Source: an uncultured Verrucomicrobiota bacterium (GTDB lineage Bacteria; Verrucomicrobiota; Verrucomicrobiia; Opitutales; Seribacteraceae). Taken from it: a stretch of 64,000 nt of DNA. The stretch is from assembly GCA_902615835.1 (NCBI GenBank), contig CACMQL010000002.1, positions 7,952 through 71,951 on the forward strand. Direction: 5' to 3'. How positions within the stretch are numbered: position 1 is the first letter of the stretch; every line of letters begins with the position of its first letter. Shown here one piece after another: positions 30,175 through 39,557 of the stretch. A program made the position numbers and the translations under genes. Below the pieces are notes generated by a model. The model saw nothing but the letters and a program-made list of their open reading frames with translations. It did not search any database and was not told the DNA's origin.

Positions 30175-30921
30175 ATGCATAAACTAGTTTTACTTCGTCA
30201 CGGCGAAAGCCAATGGAATCTCGAAAACCGCTTCACCGGATGGCACGATGTCAACCTGACCGAACAGGGCGAGAAGGAGGGCAGGGAAGCCGGTCGCCTT
30301 CTCAAAGCAGAAGGATTTGAGTTCGATGTTGCCTACACATCGGTCCTTACCCGTGCCATCCGCACTCTTTGGCTTGCGCTTACGGAGATGGATCAGGTAT
30401 GGATACCAGTTCATCGCGAGTGGCGCCTCAATGAGAGACACTATGGTGCTCTCCAGGGATTAAACAAGGCGGAAACCGCAGAGAAGCATGGGGATGAACA
30501 GGTGTTGGTCTGGCGCCGGAGCTATGACATACCCCCGCCTTCGATGTCTAAGGAGGATCAGGGTTATGCCGGAAAGGACCGCCGGTATGCGAATCTGGAT
30601 GAGGCCCACATTCCCGTGACCGAGTGTCTTAAGGATACCGTTGCCCGTTTTCTTCCCCTTTGGGAAGAGACCATTGCACCCCAGATTAAGGCTGGAAAAA
30701 ATGTGCTGATTGCGGCACATGGAAATTCTCTCCGGGCCTTGATTAAATATTTGGACGGCGTTTCCGAAGAGGAGATAATTGGAATGAATGTTCCAACCGG
30801 AATGCCCTTGGTTTATGATCTGAATGAGAATCTTACTCCAACCAATCGCCAGTACCTCGGCGATCCCGAAAAAGTGGCCAAGGCCATGGAGGCGGTTGCG
30901 AACCAAGGTAAGGCAAAATAA
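30175..30921 (+). CDS. gpmA: 2,3-bisphosphoglycerate-dependent phosphoglycerate mutase
   Basis: [24 protein letters not shown]. Confidence 0.97.
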   Translation: MHKLVLLRHGESQWNLENRFTGWHDVNLTEQGEKEGREAGRLLKAEGFEFDVAYTSVLTRAIRTLWLALTEMDQVWIPVHREWRLNERHYGALQGLNKAETAEKHGDEQVLVWRRSYDIPPPSMSKEDQGYAGKDRRYANLDEAHIPVTECLKDTVARFLPLWEETIAPQIKAGKNVLIAAHGNSLRALIKYLDGVSEEEIIGMNVPTGMPLVYDLNENLTPTNRQYLGDPEKVAKAMEAVANQGKAK

Positions 30922-30973
30922 GCGGGCTCTTGATCCTGAATTTGCCATCCTCTCTTATTTTCAGTAATCTTTC

Positions 30974-31930
30974 ATGATGAATACCCCCTCAGACAAATCA
31001 AAAAAATTAAAGAGAGAGTACGATTCGTCCTTTATGGTGACCCCGGAGTATCGCAAATCACTTCCCGATATTCAGAATTCAGGTTCGGAGGGAATGGAAG
31101 GTTCTCATGTGCCCATCCTTCAAGTCGGAATTTCTGGTTTTCGCCTGCCCCTACGGTTTGTGGGTCCCGATGGAGAATCCTTAAATATTGAAACCAAGAT
31201 GACCGGTACGGTAAGCCTGGATGCCGACAAAAGGGGCATCAATATGTCCCGTATCATCCGGATATTCTACGAGTATAAAGACGAGGTCTTTTCCCCCGAG
31301 ATTCTCGGCAAAATACTTCGTCATTATAAAAAACAATTGGATTCCCAGGAGGCTAGGCTGAAAGCTGATTTCTCCTACCCTATGATCCAGCAGAGCCTCC
31401 GCAGCGGTCTCGAAGGATATCAATACTATGGATGCAGTTTTGAGGGACTGATCGACCGTGCTGACCGGGTGCGTAAAATCATCCATTTTGATTTCGTTTA
31501 TTCTTCCGCCTGTCCGTGTGCTTCGGAATTGTCTGAGCATGCTCGGGAGGTCCGTAATCTACTGGCGATTCCCCATTCCCAGCGCAGTAAAGCCCGGGTC
31601 AGCGTGGAGGTGCATCCTAATCGTGAGCTTTCCCTTCTCGAACTTCGTGATATGTGCATCCATGCACTTAATACCGAGACTCAGGTCATGGTTCGCCGTG
31701 AGGATGAGCAGGCGTTTGCGGAAATGAACGGGGCTAAGGTGAAATTTGTGGAGGATGCCGCCCGCCTGATCTACGAGCAACTGGAGGATGATGTACGGAT
31801 ATTTGACTTCCGCGTGATATGTTCCCATTTCGAGTCCTTGCACTCTCACGATGCGGTGGCGGTTCTTTGTCGGGGAGTGGATGGTGGATTCCGTGCCGAG
31901 TACGAGGACTTCGGAAATCTCGTTGATTAA
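30974..31930 (+). CDS. folE2: GTP cyclohydrolase IB (Zn-independent type)
   Basis: [41 protein letters not shown]. Confidence 0.93.
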   Translation: MMNTPSDKSKKLKREYDSSFMVTPEYRKSLPDIQNSGSEGMEGSHVPILQVGISGFRLPLRFVGPDGESLNIETKMTGTVSLDADKRGINMSRIIRIFYEYKDEVFSPEILGKILRHYKKQLDSQEARLKADFSYPMIQQSLRSGLEGYQYYGCSFEGLIDRADRVRKIIHFDFVYSSACPCASELSEHAREVRNLLAIPHSQRSKARVSVEVHPNRELSLLELRDMCIHALNTETQVMVRREDEQAFAEMNGAKVKFVEDAARLIYEQLEDDVRIFDFRVICSHFESLHSHDAVAVLCRGVDGGFRAEYEDFGNLVD

Positions 31931-31974
31931 TTTTTTGTTCCCGCCAAGGGGGGGCCTAGGTGGTCGAAGGTAAT

Positions 31975-33123
31975 ATGTCCGGCCCTCTCATTTTTACGGT
32001 TGAAAAATCCAGATCATGGATAAGGCAGAACGCGAATCGAATTAATAACCTAGTATCTTGTTCTCATTGGCAAAACCCATATTTTTCATCCGCTTGGTTA
32101 CACGCCTGGTGGGAGCGCTTGGAAGGAGAAAAATCCCCTGTTCTATTGACCGTGCAAAAAGAAAATGGAGAACTTGTTGGGTTTTGGCCATTTGTCGAAA
32201 GGAAAGGGATCTTAAAATCCAAAGGGATATGGCCTTATATTTTTGACGAGGCCAACTATTTCCATCCTCTCGCAATAAGGGAGGCGATTCCCTTGCTTGT
32301 GGAGGGACTAAGGAACTTGCTGAGGAAATATACCTTTGCCTGGGTTCCCTTGATGAGATTTGAATTCTGGGAAGAATTTATCGAAAGTAAAGTTGTCAAA
32401 GGCAACTTACTCCACATTGCCCGCATCCCGAGGCAGACTTTTCTGATTGAGCCAACCCTGGAAAAATTTGATGAATTTTGGTGCCAAAAGTTGGGAACCA
32501 AGTCCCGTAAATCCTTTCGCTATGATCAACGGGCCCTCGCTGGACAGGGCGATTTGGCCTTTGAATGCTGGGAAACTTTTGAGGATGTTCGGGCCATGAT
32601 GCCTGCCACTTGCGTGATTGAAGTGGAATCCAAGAAAGGCAGGGAGGCTGCCGGGCTTTACACGGTCCGGGGTAAGCGTGCCTTTTTCTTCGAATTGCTT
32701 CCTGAACTGGCCAAAACAGGAATGGTCCGGTTATCCATTTTGCGTCTCAATGAAGAAGCGATTGCCTGGCAGTTGGATCTTCTCGGAAGCAATTATCTGG
32801 CGATACATCACTTATCTTTTAGTGAAAAATGGAAAAAGTACTCGCCGGGCCGGCAATTGCTGAGACACAACCTCGAAAGAGCTTGGAACGAGGGACGAAT
32901 CATAGATTTTCTTCCTCTTCGCTTTGATTATAAAGAGAAATTCTCGACAGTGAAAGAACCGGTGCGGGAACTTCACTGGTTCAAACGAAGTATTCGCGGA
33001 TGGATTGCCTTTCGTTTGATTCGCTGGAACATGAAAGTTCGGAAAAAAATGAGGAAACGGAACAATCATACCCCAAGCTCGGATAATCCGGTGAGTAAGG
33101 CATTGCGGGGAGAAACCTTATGA
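31975..33123 (+). CDS. GNAT-family (CelD/BcsL-like) protein
   Basis: PYFS.AWL..W, LVGFWP, KYSPG..L, DF..DYK.F pattern. Confidence 0.75.
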   Translation: MSGPLIFTVEKSRSWIRQNANRINNLVSCSHWQNPYFSSAWLHAWWERLEGEKSPVLLTVQKENGELVGFWPFVERKGILKSKGIWPYIFDEANYFHPLAIREAIPLLVEGLRNLLRKYTFAWVPLMRFEFWEEFIESKVVKGNLLHIARIPRQTFLIEPTLEKFDEFWCQKLGTKSRKSFRYDQRALAGQGDLAFECWETFEDVRAMMPATCVIEVESKKGREAAGLYTVRGKRAFFFELLPELAKTGMVRLSILRLNEEAIAWQLDLLGSNYLAIHHLSFSEKWKKYSPGRQLLRHNLERAWNEGRIIDFLPLRFDYKEKFSTVKEPVRELHWFKRSIRGWIAFRLIRWNMKVRKKMRKRNNHTPSSDNPVSKALRGETL

Positions 33124-33167
33124 TTCTGGCTTTGCGGTTTCGGGGCAAGCCTGTATGCTAGAATCCT

Positions 33168-33815
33168 ATGAGTTCGATAACCGATGACCTTCATGCCATG
33201 CGTGAACATTATGACCAGCCCCCGCTGAGGAGAGGAGACCTGAATTCCTGTCCGTTTACTCAGTTTTCCAACTGGTTGGAGGCCGCAGTGAAGGCAAAAG
33301 TCTATGATCCGAATGCCTGTAGCCTGGCTACCGTTGATGGCGATGGACATCCCGTCTCCCGGGCTGTCCTGCTTAAGGCCTTGGAAAATCAACAGTTCGT
33401 TTTTTACACCAACTACAATAGCCGAAAGGCCACTCATTTGTCTCAAAACGGTTACGCTTGCATGCATTTTCCATGGTTTTCTTTGCAACGACAGGTCATT
33501 ATAACCGGCAAGGTCGAAAAAATAGAGACCGAACGAGCGCAGGAATATTTCGCCTCTCGTCCCCTTGAAAGCCGTCTCGGAGCCTGGGCGTCCGATCAAA
33601 GTAAGATGATCGATTCCCGGGAGTCGCTCGAACGGTCCTATCTCGAAATGCAGGAAAGATTTGGGGAAAATCCTCCGAAACCCCCTCACTGGGGAGGGTA
33701 TGCCCTGGTTGCGGATACCATAGAATTTTGGCAGGGAGGACCCGGCCGCTTGCATGATCGATTTATTTACCAAGAGGTAAATGGCCAGTGGTCTATCCAA
33801 CGACTTAATCCATGA
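33168..33815 (+). CDS. pdxH: Pyridoxine/pyridoxamine 5'-phosphate oxidase
   Basis: R.VLLK, FYTNYNSRK, RQV, SRP..S, EFWQG..RLHDR. Confidence 0.96.
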   Translation: MSSITDDLHAMREHYDQPPLRRGDLNSCPFTQFSNWLEAAVKAKVYDPNACSLATVDGDGHPVSRAVLLKALENQQFVFYTNYNSRKATHLSQNGYACMHFPWFSLQRQVIITGKVEKIETERAQEYFASRPLESRLGAWASDQSKMIDSRESLERSYLEMQERFGENPPKPPHWGGYALVADTIEFWQGGPGRLHDRFIYQEVNGQWSIQRLNP

Positions 33816-34000
33816 GCGAGCAAAAATCCAAAACGCTCGACGAAGACTTGGATGATTTGCTCTCGATGCGCGGCAAACCATTTGCGGACTGGAAAGAGGA
33901 GAGGAAATATTTACGTGAAAAATGGGGAATGCAAGGCAGGCAAATTGAAGTGGATCCACCAGAATCCGATCATAATGAGAAGGAGGAAAAGAAAAAATGA
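33812..34000 (+). CDS. Small charged hypothetical protein
   Basis: 62 aa, overlaps both pdxH and menB by 4 bp (ATGA), consistent with translational coupling. Confidence 0.6.
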   Translation: MSEQKSKTLDEDLDDLLSMRGKPFADWKEERKYLREKWGMQGRQIEVDPPESDHNEKEEKKK

Positions 34001-34824
34001 ATTGGGAAAACTTCGGGGAATTTGAAGATATTCATTACCACAAGGGAGATGGTGTGGCCAAAGTCACCATAAACCGTCCGCACAAAAGAAACGCCTTTCG
34101 TCCAAAGACCGTAAGTGAAATGTATGAAGCTTTCCTGGACGCACGGGAGGATCCTAAGATCGGAGTGGTTTTGCTTACGGGTGCCGGTCCTCATACCGAT
34201 GGAAAATATGCCTTCTGTTCAGGTGGGGATCAGAGCGTACGGGGTGACGCTGGTTATGTGGACGATGGAGGAGTTCCCCGTCTCAATGTGCTCGATTTAC
34301 AAAAACTGATCCGGAGTATGCCCAAAGTGGTGATCGCCTTGGTTGCCGGATATGCCATTGGGGGCGGTCATGTATTACATGTGGTTTGTGATCTTACCAT
34401 TGCAGCGGATAATGCCGTCTTTGGTCAGACTGGTCCCAAGGTTGGAAGTTTTGATGGCGGATTTGGTTCCAGTTACTTGGCCCGGATTGTGGGACAAAAA
34501 AAGGCCCGTGAAATCTGGTATCTTTGTCGTCAGTACAAGGCCGACGAAGCCCTCAGCATGGGTTTGGTTAACAAGGTGGTTCCGGTGGAGCAACTGGAAG
34601 CGGAGGGTCTGCGATGGGCGAGTGAAGTGATGGAAAAAAGTCCGCTGGCCATCCGTTGCCTGAAATCCGCATTCAATGCCGAGCTTGATGGGCAGTCCGG
34701 GATTCAGGAACTCGCCGGCAATGCCACTCTTCTCTATTATTTATCTGAAGAAGGCTCCGAGGGAAAAAAAGCTTTCCTTGAAAAGAGAAAGCCCGAATTT
34801 AACAAATATCCCTGGCTTCCCTGA
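33997..34824 (+). CDS. menB: 1,4-dihydroxy-2-naphthoyl-CoA synthase
   Basis: [37 protein letters not shown]. Confidence 0.96.
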   Translation: MNWENFGEFEDIHYHKGDGVAKVTINRPHKRNAFRPKTVSEMYEAFLDAREDPKIGVVLLTGAGPHTDGKYAFCSGGDQSVRGDAGYVDDGGVPRLNVLDLQKLIRSMPKVVIALVAGYAIGGGHVLHVVCDLTIAADNAVFGQTGPKVGSFDGGFGSSYLARIVGQKKAREIWYLCRQYKADEALSMGLVNKVVPVEQLEAEGLRWASEVMEKSPLAIRCLKSAFNAELDGQSGIQELAGNATLLYYLSEEGSEGKKAFLEKRKPEFNKYPWLP

Positions 34825-34840
34825 TCCTCTGTCCCGTCTT

Positions 34841-36175
34841 CTACCTGCGGTTTGCAGAGAACGCGACCCGTTTCCCTCGATTAGCCAGATTGGGCATCCC
34901 CAATTGGTAGGCGATTTGTCCGGATACAAGGGTCAGATCGATTCGGTTCGAAAAAACATTATACAAAAAGGGCGACCATCCGCATTTGGAAAAAAGTTGG
35001 GAATTCTGAACGGAAGTTTCTTCTGCGGGATTGACGACTACGAGATCCGCCCAGTAGCCTTCCCGTAGAAAGCCCCGGTCTTCCACCTGAAATAAACGGG
35101 CCGGGGCATGGCAGGCCCGCTCCACAATCAATTCAGGCGAGAAGCAATTCTGCCGGCACATTTCCAGCATTAGAAGTAGGGAATGCTGAATCAAAGGCAG
35201 ACCGGATGGTGCATTGAAATAGGTTTCCTGTTTCTCCTCCCAGGTGTGCGGGGCATGATCGGTGGCGAGAATCGAAATTCTACCATCCACCACTGCCCGA
35301 CGGATCGCATCCCGATCGCTCTCTTTTTTGATCGCCGGGTTGCATTTGATTTGCGAGCCGAGGGTCTTATAATTGCTCTCTTCAAACCATAGGTGGTGGA
35401 CACAAGCTTCCGCGGTTATTCGATCATGACCGGATTCAAAAAGGTCGAGTTCCTCCTCGGTGGTGATGTGCAGGACATGGAGTTTGGCGTTCTCTCTTCT
35501 GGCAAGTTCCACTGCCATGGATGAGGATTTAATACAGGCTTCACGCGAGCGGATATTTCCATGTTCAGAAAAAGGAACTTCGTCACCATATTTATTTCGG
35601 GCCTGCTCTTCGTTGGTCAGAATCATCGGGGTGTCTTCGCAATGGGTCGCGATAATGGTGGGGGCATTACGGAAAATTCCTTCCAGTACCGTTTCTTCAT
35701 CGACCAGCAGGTTTCCGGTCGATGATCCCATAAATACTTTGACGCCCGCGATCTTTGCCGGATCGGCCGACTTTACCGCTTCGAGATTCTCATTACTTGC
35801 ACCGAGAAAAAACCCATAATTGGCCAAGGAGTTTTGCCTCGCAATTGTGCACTTTTCCTCGATTCGCTCCATGTTTAGCGTCGGTGGGGAGACATTCGGC
35901 ATTTCAAAATAGGTGGTCACTCCTCCGGCCACCGCTGCCTGTGATTCGGTATGAATGCAGGCTTTATGGGTGTGTCCGGGTTCACGAAAGTGCACCTGGT
36001 CATCAATTAAACCCGGCAGGACCCATTTCCCTTCCGCTTCAATTATTTTACAGGATGAGGGTGCCTGCAAATGGGAGCCAATGGATTCAATACGCCCGTT
36101 ACGAATCAGAATATCTTCGTGGGTCCGGGTGCCTTCATTGATGAGGGTGCCCCCGGTAATCAGAAGCTCGGACAT
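34841..36175 (-). CDS. pyrC: Dihydroorotase
   Basis: DDQVHFREPG, KVFMGSSTG, HCED, KCNP, TDHAPH. Confidence 0.92.
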   Translation of the reverse strand: MSELLITGGTLINEGTRTHEDILIRNGRIESIGSHLQAPSSCKIIEAEGKWVLPGLIDDQVHFREPGHTHKACIHTESQAAVAGGVTTYFEMPNVSPPTLNMERIEEKCTIARQNSLANYGFFLGASNENLEAVKSADPAKIAGVKVFMGSSTGNLLVDEETVLEGIFRNAPTIIATHCEDTPMILTNEEQARNKYGDEVPFSEHGNIRSREACIKSSSMAVELARRENAKLHVLHITTEEELDLFESGHDRITAEACVHHLWFEESNYKTLGSQIKCNPAIKKESDRDAIRRAVVDGRISILATDHAPHTWEEKQETYFNAPSGLPLIQHSLLLMLEMCRQNCFSPELIVERACHAPARLFQVEDRGFLREGYWADLVVVNPAEETSVQNSQLFSKCGWSPFLYNVFSNRIDLTLVSGQIAYQLGMPNLANRGKRVAFSANRR

Positions 36176-36190
36176 AGAAATCCTCCTGGC

Positions 36191-37456
36191 TTATTTAAAC
36201 TGTCCGTTTCCAATAATCTGATATTTATAGGTGCAAAGTTCTTCGAGCCCCATCGGGCCGCGGGCATGTAGACGGTCGGTGGAAATACCGATTTCCGCAC
36301 CCAGTCCAAATTCAAACCCGTCCGTGAAGCGCGTGCTTGCATTCCAGTAGACTGAGGACGCATCCACTTCCTTAAGAAAAGCCTCCGCCCGTTTCTTATT
36401 ATTTGTAATGATCGATTCGCTGTGTCCGCTTCCATATTGATTCACGAAGGAAATCGCCTCTTCCAAGGAATCAACCACCTTGATCGAGAGACGGAGATCA
36501 AGAAACTCCTCCGCAAAATCTTCTTCACTTGCAGACTGTGTCGGGAAGTCCTGCAAAATGGATCCAGCTTTTTCGTCGACCATCAATTCACATCCGCTCT
36601 CCAATAGTTGTCTTGACACCCGTGGCAGAAATTCATCGGCAATGGATGATTCCACGACCAGATTCTCAATCGCATTGCAGACCCCGGGTCTTCCGCATTT
36701 GGAGGAAACCGCAATCTTTTCGGCCATCTCTAGGTCGGCACTGGCATCGACAAATAAATTACAGACTCCCTTGTAATGTTTAATCACGGGTACCCGGCTG
36801 TTTTCAGCCACAAATCGGATCAGGCTTTCCCCTCCCCGGGGTATGATACAATGAACATACTCATCCAATGTCAGTAAATGATTCAGGGCTTCACGCTCGA
36901 TGGTGGGAATTAATTGTACGGCATCATCGGGAAGCGGTGATTCTTCAAGTGCTTCAGCAATGATCGAGACCATCGCCCGGTTCGAGTGCATTGCTTCCTT
37001 GCCTCCGCGTAAAATAGAGACGTTTCCGGATTTCAGGCAAAGCCCCGCACAGTCGATGGTTACATTGGGCCGGGATTCGTAAATGATCCCAATCACCCCG
37101 ATAGGAACCCGCACTTTATTGATTTCCAGTCCGTTGGGGCGTTGTTTTGAGTCCAGCACGGCTCCGGCTGGATCGGGCAGGTCAATCAATTGACGCAAGC
37201 CTTTGACCATCGAATCAATTCTCTCGTGCGTGAGCCGCAAACGATCAACCATGGCTTCGGATAATCCATTCTCGTCGGCCATCGCCAGATCTTTTTCATT
37301 TTCTTCCTTAAGAAGCTTTCGATTCGATTCAATCCCCCGGGCAATGGACTGAAGGGCATCGTTTTTCTCCGCGGTGGTTGCACTGCTAAGGCTCAGGGAT
37401 GCCTTTCGTGCCCGTATTGCTATTTCTTTAATTTCTGAATAAAGGGAATCGCTCAT
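36191..37456 (-). CDS. proA: Glutamate-5-semialdehyde dehydrogenase
   Basis: IYESRPNVT, LRGGKEA, CNAIE, NASTRFTDG..GAEIGIST..HARGPMGL. Confidence 0.96.
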   Translation of the reverse strand: MSDSLYSEIKEIAIRARKASLSLSSATTAEKNDALQSIARGIESNRKLLKEENEKDLAMADENGLSEAMVDRLRLTHERIDSMVKGLRQLIDLPDPAGAVLDSKQRPNGLEINKVRVPIGVIGIIYESRPNVTIDCAGLCLKSGNVSILRGGKEAMHSNRAMVSIIAEALEESPLPDDAVQLIPTIEREALNHLLTLDEYVHCIIPRGGESLIRFVAENSRVPVIKHYKGVCNLFVDASADLEMAEKIAVSSKCGRPGVCNAIENLVVESSIADEFLPRVSRQLLESGCELMVDEKAGSILQDFPTQSASEEDFAEEFLDLRLSIKVVDSLEEAISFVNQYGSGHSESIITNNKKRAEAFLKEVDASSVYWNASTRFTDGFEFGLGAEIGISTDRLHARGPMGLEELCTYKYQIIGNGQFK

Positions 37457-37520
37457 CCTTCCTTTTTAGGTTAAGAGTTGGTTCGGGTGAAGAGTATTCG
37501 CCTAAAAATTTAAAACTTAA

Positions 37521-37551
37521 CAAAAATGCCTCCCGAATGAGGCAATTTTTG
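37521..37551 (-). terminator. Probable intrinsic terminator downstream of the EF-hand gene
   Basis: Hairpin TGCCTC-ccgaat-GAGGCA flanked by A5/T5 tracts. Confidence 0.55.
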
Positions 37552-37572
37552 CAAAAAAATGGGGCTACTTGG

Positions 37573-38034
37573 CTATTTCTCCGCCTTCTTCCCTTTTTTC
37601 CTCTTTTCTTCGGGTTGTCCTCCTCCGCCAGTTTGGGTACGAGCCGTCATCGCTGCTTTCCTTTCTTGGCTATTCAGTTGACCGTCCCCGTCCTTGTCGA
37701 ACTTCTCGATCATCTCAGCCCGGCGGGCTTCCATCGCCTTGCGGGCTGTGGCTCTTTCGTCTTCGCTCAATTTACCATCCCCGTCCTTATCAAATTTTTC
37801 CAGGACCAAAGGAGGGATTCTTCGACCAGCTCCTCGTTCCGCCATTTTTTTACGAAGTTCGGCTTTTTCTTCCTCGTTCAATTTCCCGTCCCCATCCTTA
37901 TCAAATTTCTTCATTACCTCTTGGCGCGACGGCCGGCCTTCACCGGATCCGGGTTTTTTTCCGCCTTTTTCAGGCTTGGCGATCATGCCGGTGGCGAGAG
38001 AAAGAACTGATATCGATAGGAGAACTTTTTTCAT
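37573..38034 (-). CDS. Secreted EF-hand repeat protein (3 x FDKDGDGxL)
   Basis: Signal peptide; three canonical DxDGDG loops, also visible as DNA repeats. Confidence 0.88.
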   Translation of the reverse strand: MKKVLLSISVLSLATGMIAKPEKGGKKPGSGEGRPSRQEVMKKFDKDGDGKLNEEEKAELRKKMAERGAGRRIPPLVLEKFDKDGDGKLSEDERATARKAMEARRAEMIEKFDKDGDGQLNSQERKAAMTARTQTGGGGQPEEKRKKGKKAEK

Positions 38035-38143
38035 TAGGTATTTTGGGTTAAGGGTGAGATCTTACTACTTAAAGCGGAGAGAAATAAAAAAAGTTCCATC
38101 TCTTTTTTCTTGGACATTCAGAAATAAATGACAGTTGTCGTGG

Positions 38144-39550
38144 TCAACTGATTTCCAATCCAAGATATTCTTTGGCATTGGAATAGCAGATTCGCTGGGC
38201 CAAATTTCCGATCAGTTCTCTATCATCCGGTACAAAACCTTCAGCCATCCAATTTCCCAAAAGGTTGCAAAGAATGCGTCGGAAATATTCATGACGGGGG
38301 AAAGACAGAAAAGAGCGTGAATCGGTAAGCATACCCACAAAATGAGAAAGGAGTCCGACATTGGCCAAGGTCTTCATTTGTTCGACCATCCCATCCCGTT
38401 GATCGAGATGCCACCAGCCCGATCCAAACTGCATCTTGCCCGGCAGGTCACGCTGGAAATTTCCCAGCATTGTGGCGATTGAAAAGTTATCCGCCGGGTT
38501 GTTATTATAAACAATGGTTTTGGGTAGGGAATCCTCACGGTCCAGTTTATCCAAAAATTGCCCCATGTTTTCCACTTGGTTCCAGTCACCGATCGAATCC
38601 GTGCCCGCATCCGGTCCAAACTCGGAGAGTAAACGGCTGGAATTATTACGAAGAGGTCCCAGGTGAACCTGCATGGTCCAACCTTTGGCTGAGTAAAGGC
38701 GGCCAAGGAAAAGCATAATGAAACCGGTGAATTTTCGGGTTTCATCCGCCGTGGCATTTTCCTCGTTCAACACCTTGGTGAAAATATTTCGAGCTTCGCT
38801 CTCTGGCGCGAATTTACTGGGAAATGTGGGGAAGCTATGGTCGGACAACCGGCAGCCAATCTCATGGAAATGATTCACCCGTAAGGCGAGAGATTCCAGG
38901 AAATCATTCAGGGTGTTTATTTCCTTGGAGGTTTGTTCGATCAAATTTTCCAACCAGTCAAGAAAGGCCGTAGCGTTACGGATTTCCCAGGCTTTGTCGG
39001 GCCGAAAGGTCGGGTAAACGCCCGCTACGACCGTATCGTCCTGAGCAATCTTTTCATGATCATCCGTGGGGGTAGCCGGATCATCGGTTGTGCATAACGC
39101 TTTGACCTGAAACTTTTCCAGCATTTTACGGGCGGTAAAGGCAGGGTCCGCAAGTTTGGCGTTGGCCAGATCCCAGATTTCCTCAGCCGTTTCAGGCCCA
39201 AGCAGGGTGTCAATTCCGAAACAACGCTTGAGCTCCAGATGTGTCCAGTGGTAAAGGGGATTGCCCAGAGCGTGGGGTAGGGTAGCGGCCCATGCCAAAT
39301 ATTTTTCCTTGGGGTCTCCGTTTCCGGTTACCAGTTCCTCAGGTGTGCCATTTGCCCGCATGGCCCGCCATTTATAATGGTCGGCTTCGAGCCAGGCTTC
39401 CGCGAGGTTTTCAAACCTTCGATCCTTGGCGATCTCGCCGGGCGAAAGATGATTATGGAAATCAAGAATAGGTTCATCCCTGGCATATTCATGATAGAGG
39501 CGTACTGCCCGATCATTGGAAAGAAGAAAGTCCTCATGGATAAAAGACAT
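38144..39550 (-). CDS. uxaC: Glucuronate (uronate) isomerase
   Basis: DFHNH, DHYKWRAMR, GNPLYHWTHLELK, GMLTDSRSFLS.PRHEYFRR. Confidence 0.96.
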   Translation of the reverse strand: MSFIHEDFLLSNDRAVRLYHEYARDEPILDFHNHLSPGEIAKDRRFENLAEAWLEADHYKWRAMRANGTPEELVTGNGDPKEKYLAWAATLPHALGNPLYHWTHLELKRCFGIDTLLGPETAEEIWDLANAKLADPAFTARKMLEKFQVKALCTTDDPATPTDDHEKIAQDDTVVAGVYPTFRPDKAWEIRNATAFLDWLENLIEQTSKEINTLNDFLESLALRVNHFHEIGCRLSDHSFPTFPSKFAPESEARNIFTKVLNEENATADETRKFTGFIMLFLGRLYSAKGWTMQVHLGPLRNNSSRLLSEFGPDAGTDSIGDWNQVENMGQFLDKLDREDSLPKTIVYNNNPADNFSIATMLGNFQRDLPGKMQFGSGWWHLDQRDGMVEQMKTLANVGLLSHFVGMLTDSRSFLSFPRHEYFRRILCNLLGNWMAEGFVPDDRELIGNLAQRICYSNAKEYLGLEIS

Positions 39551-39557
39551 GGCTCAA

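Noticed and set aside
33066-33959. 297-aa minus-strand ORF
   Set aside because: Antisense shadow of pdxH and its neighbours; no motifs
37537-38131. Three plus-strand ORFs of 145-160 aa and short DNA repeats
   Set aside because: Antisense products of the repetitive EF-hand gene; the repeats are coding, not CRISPR
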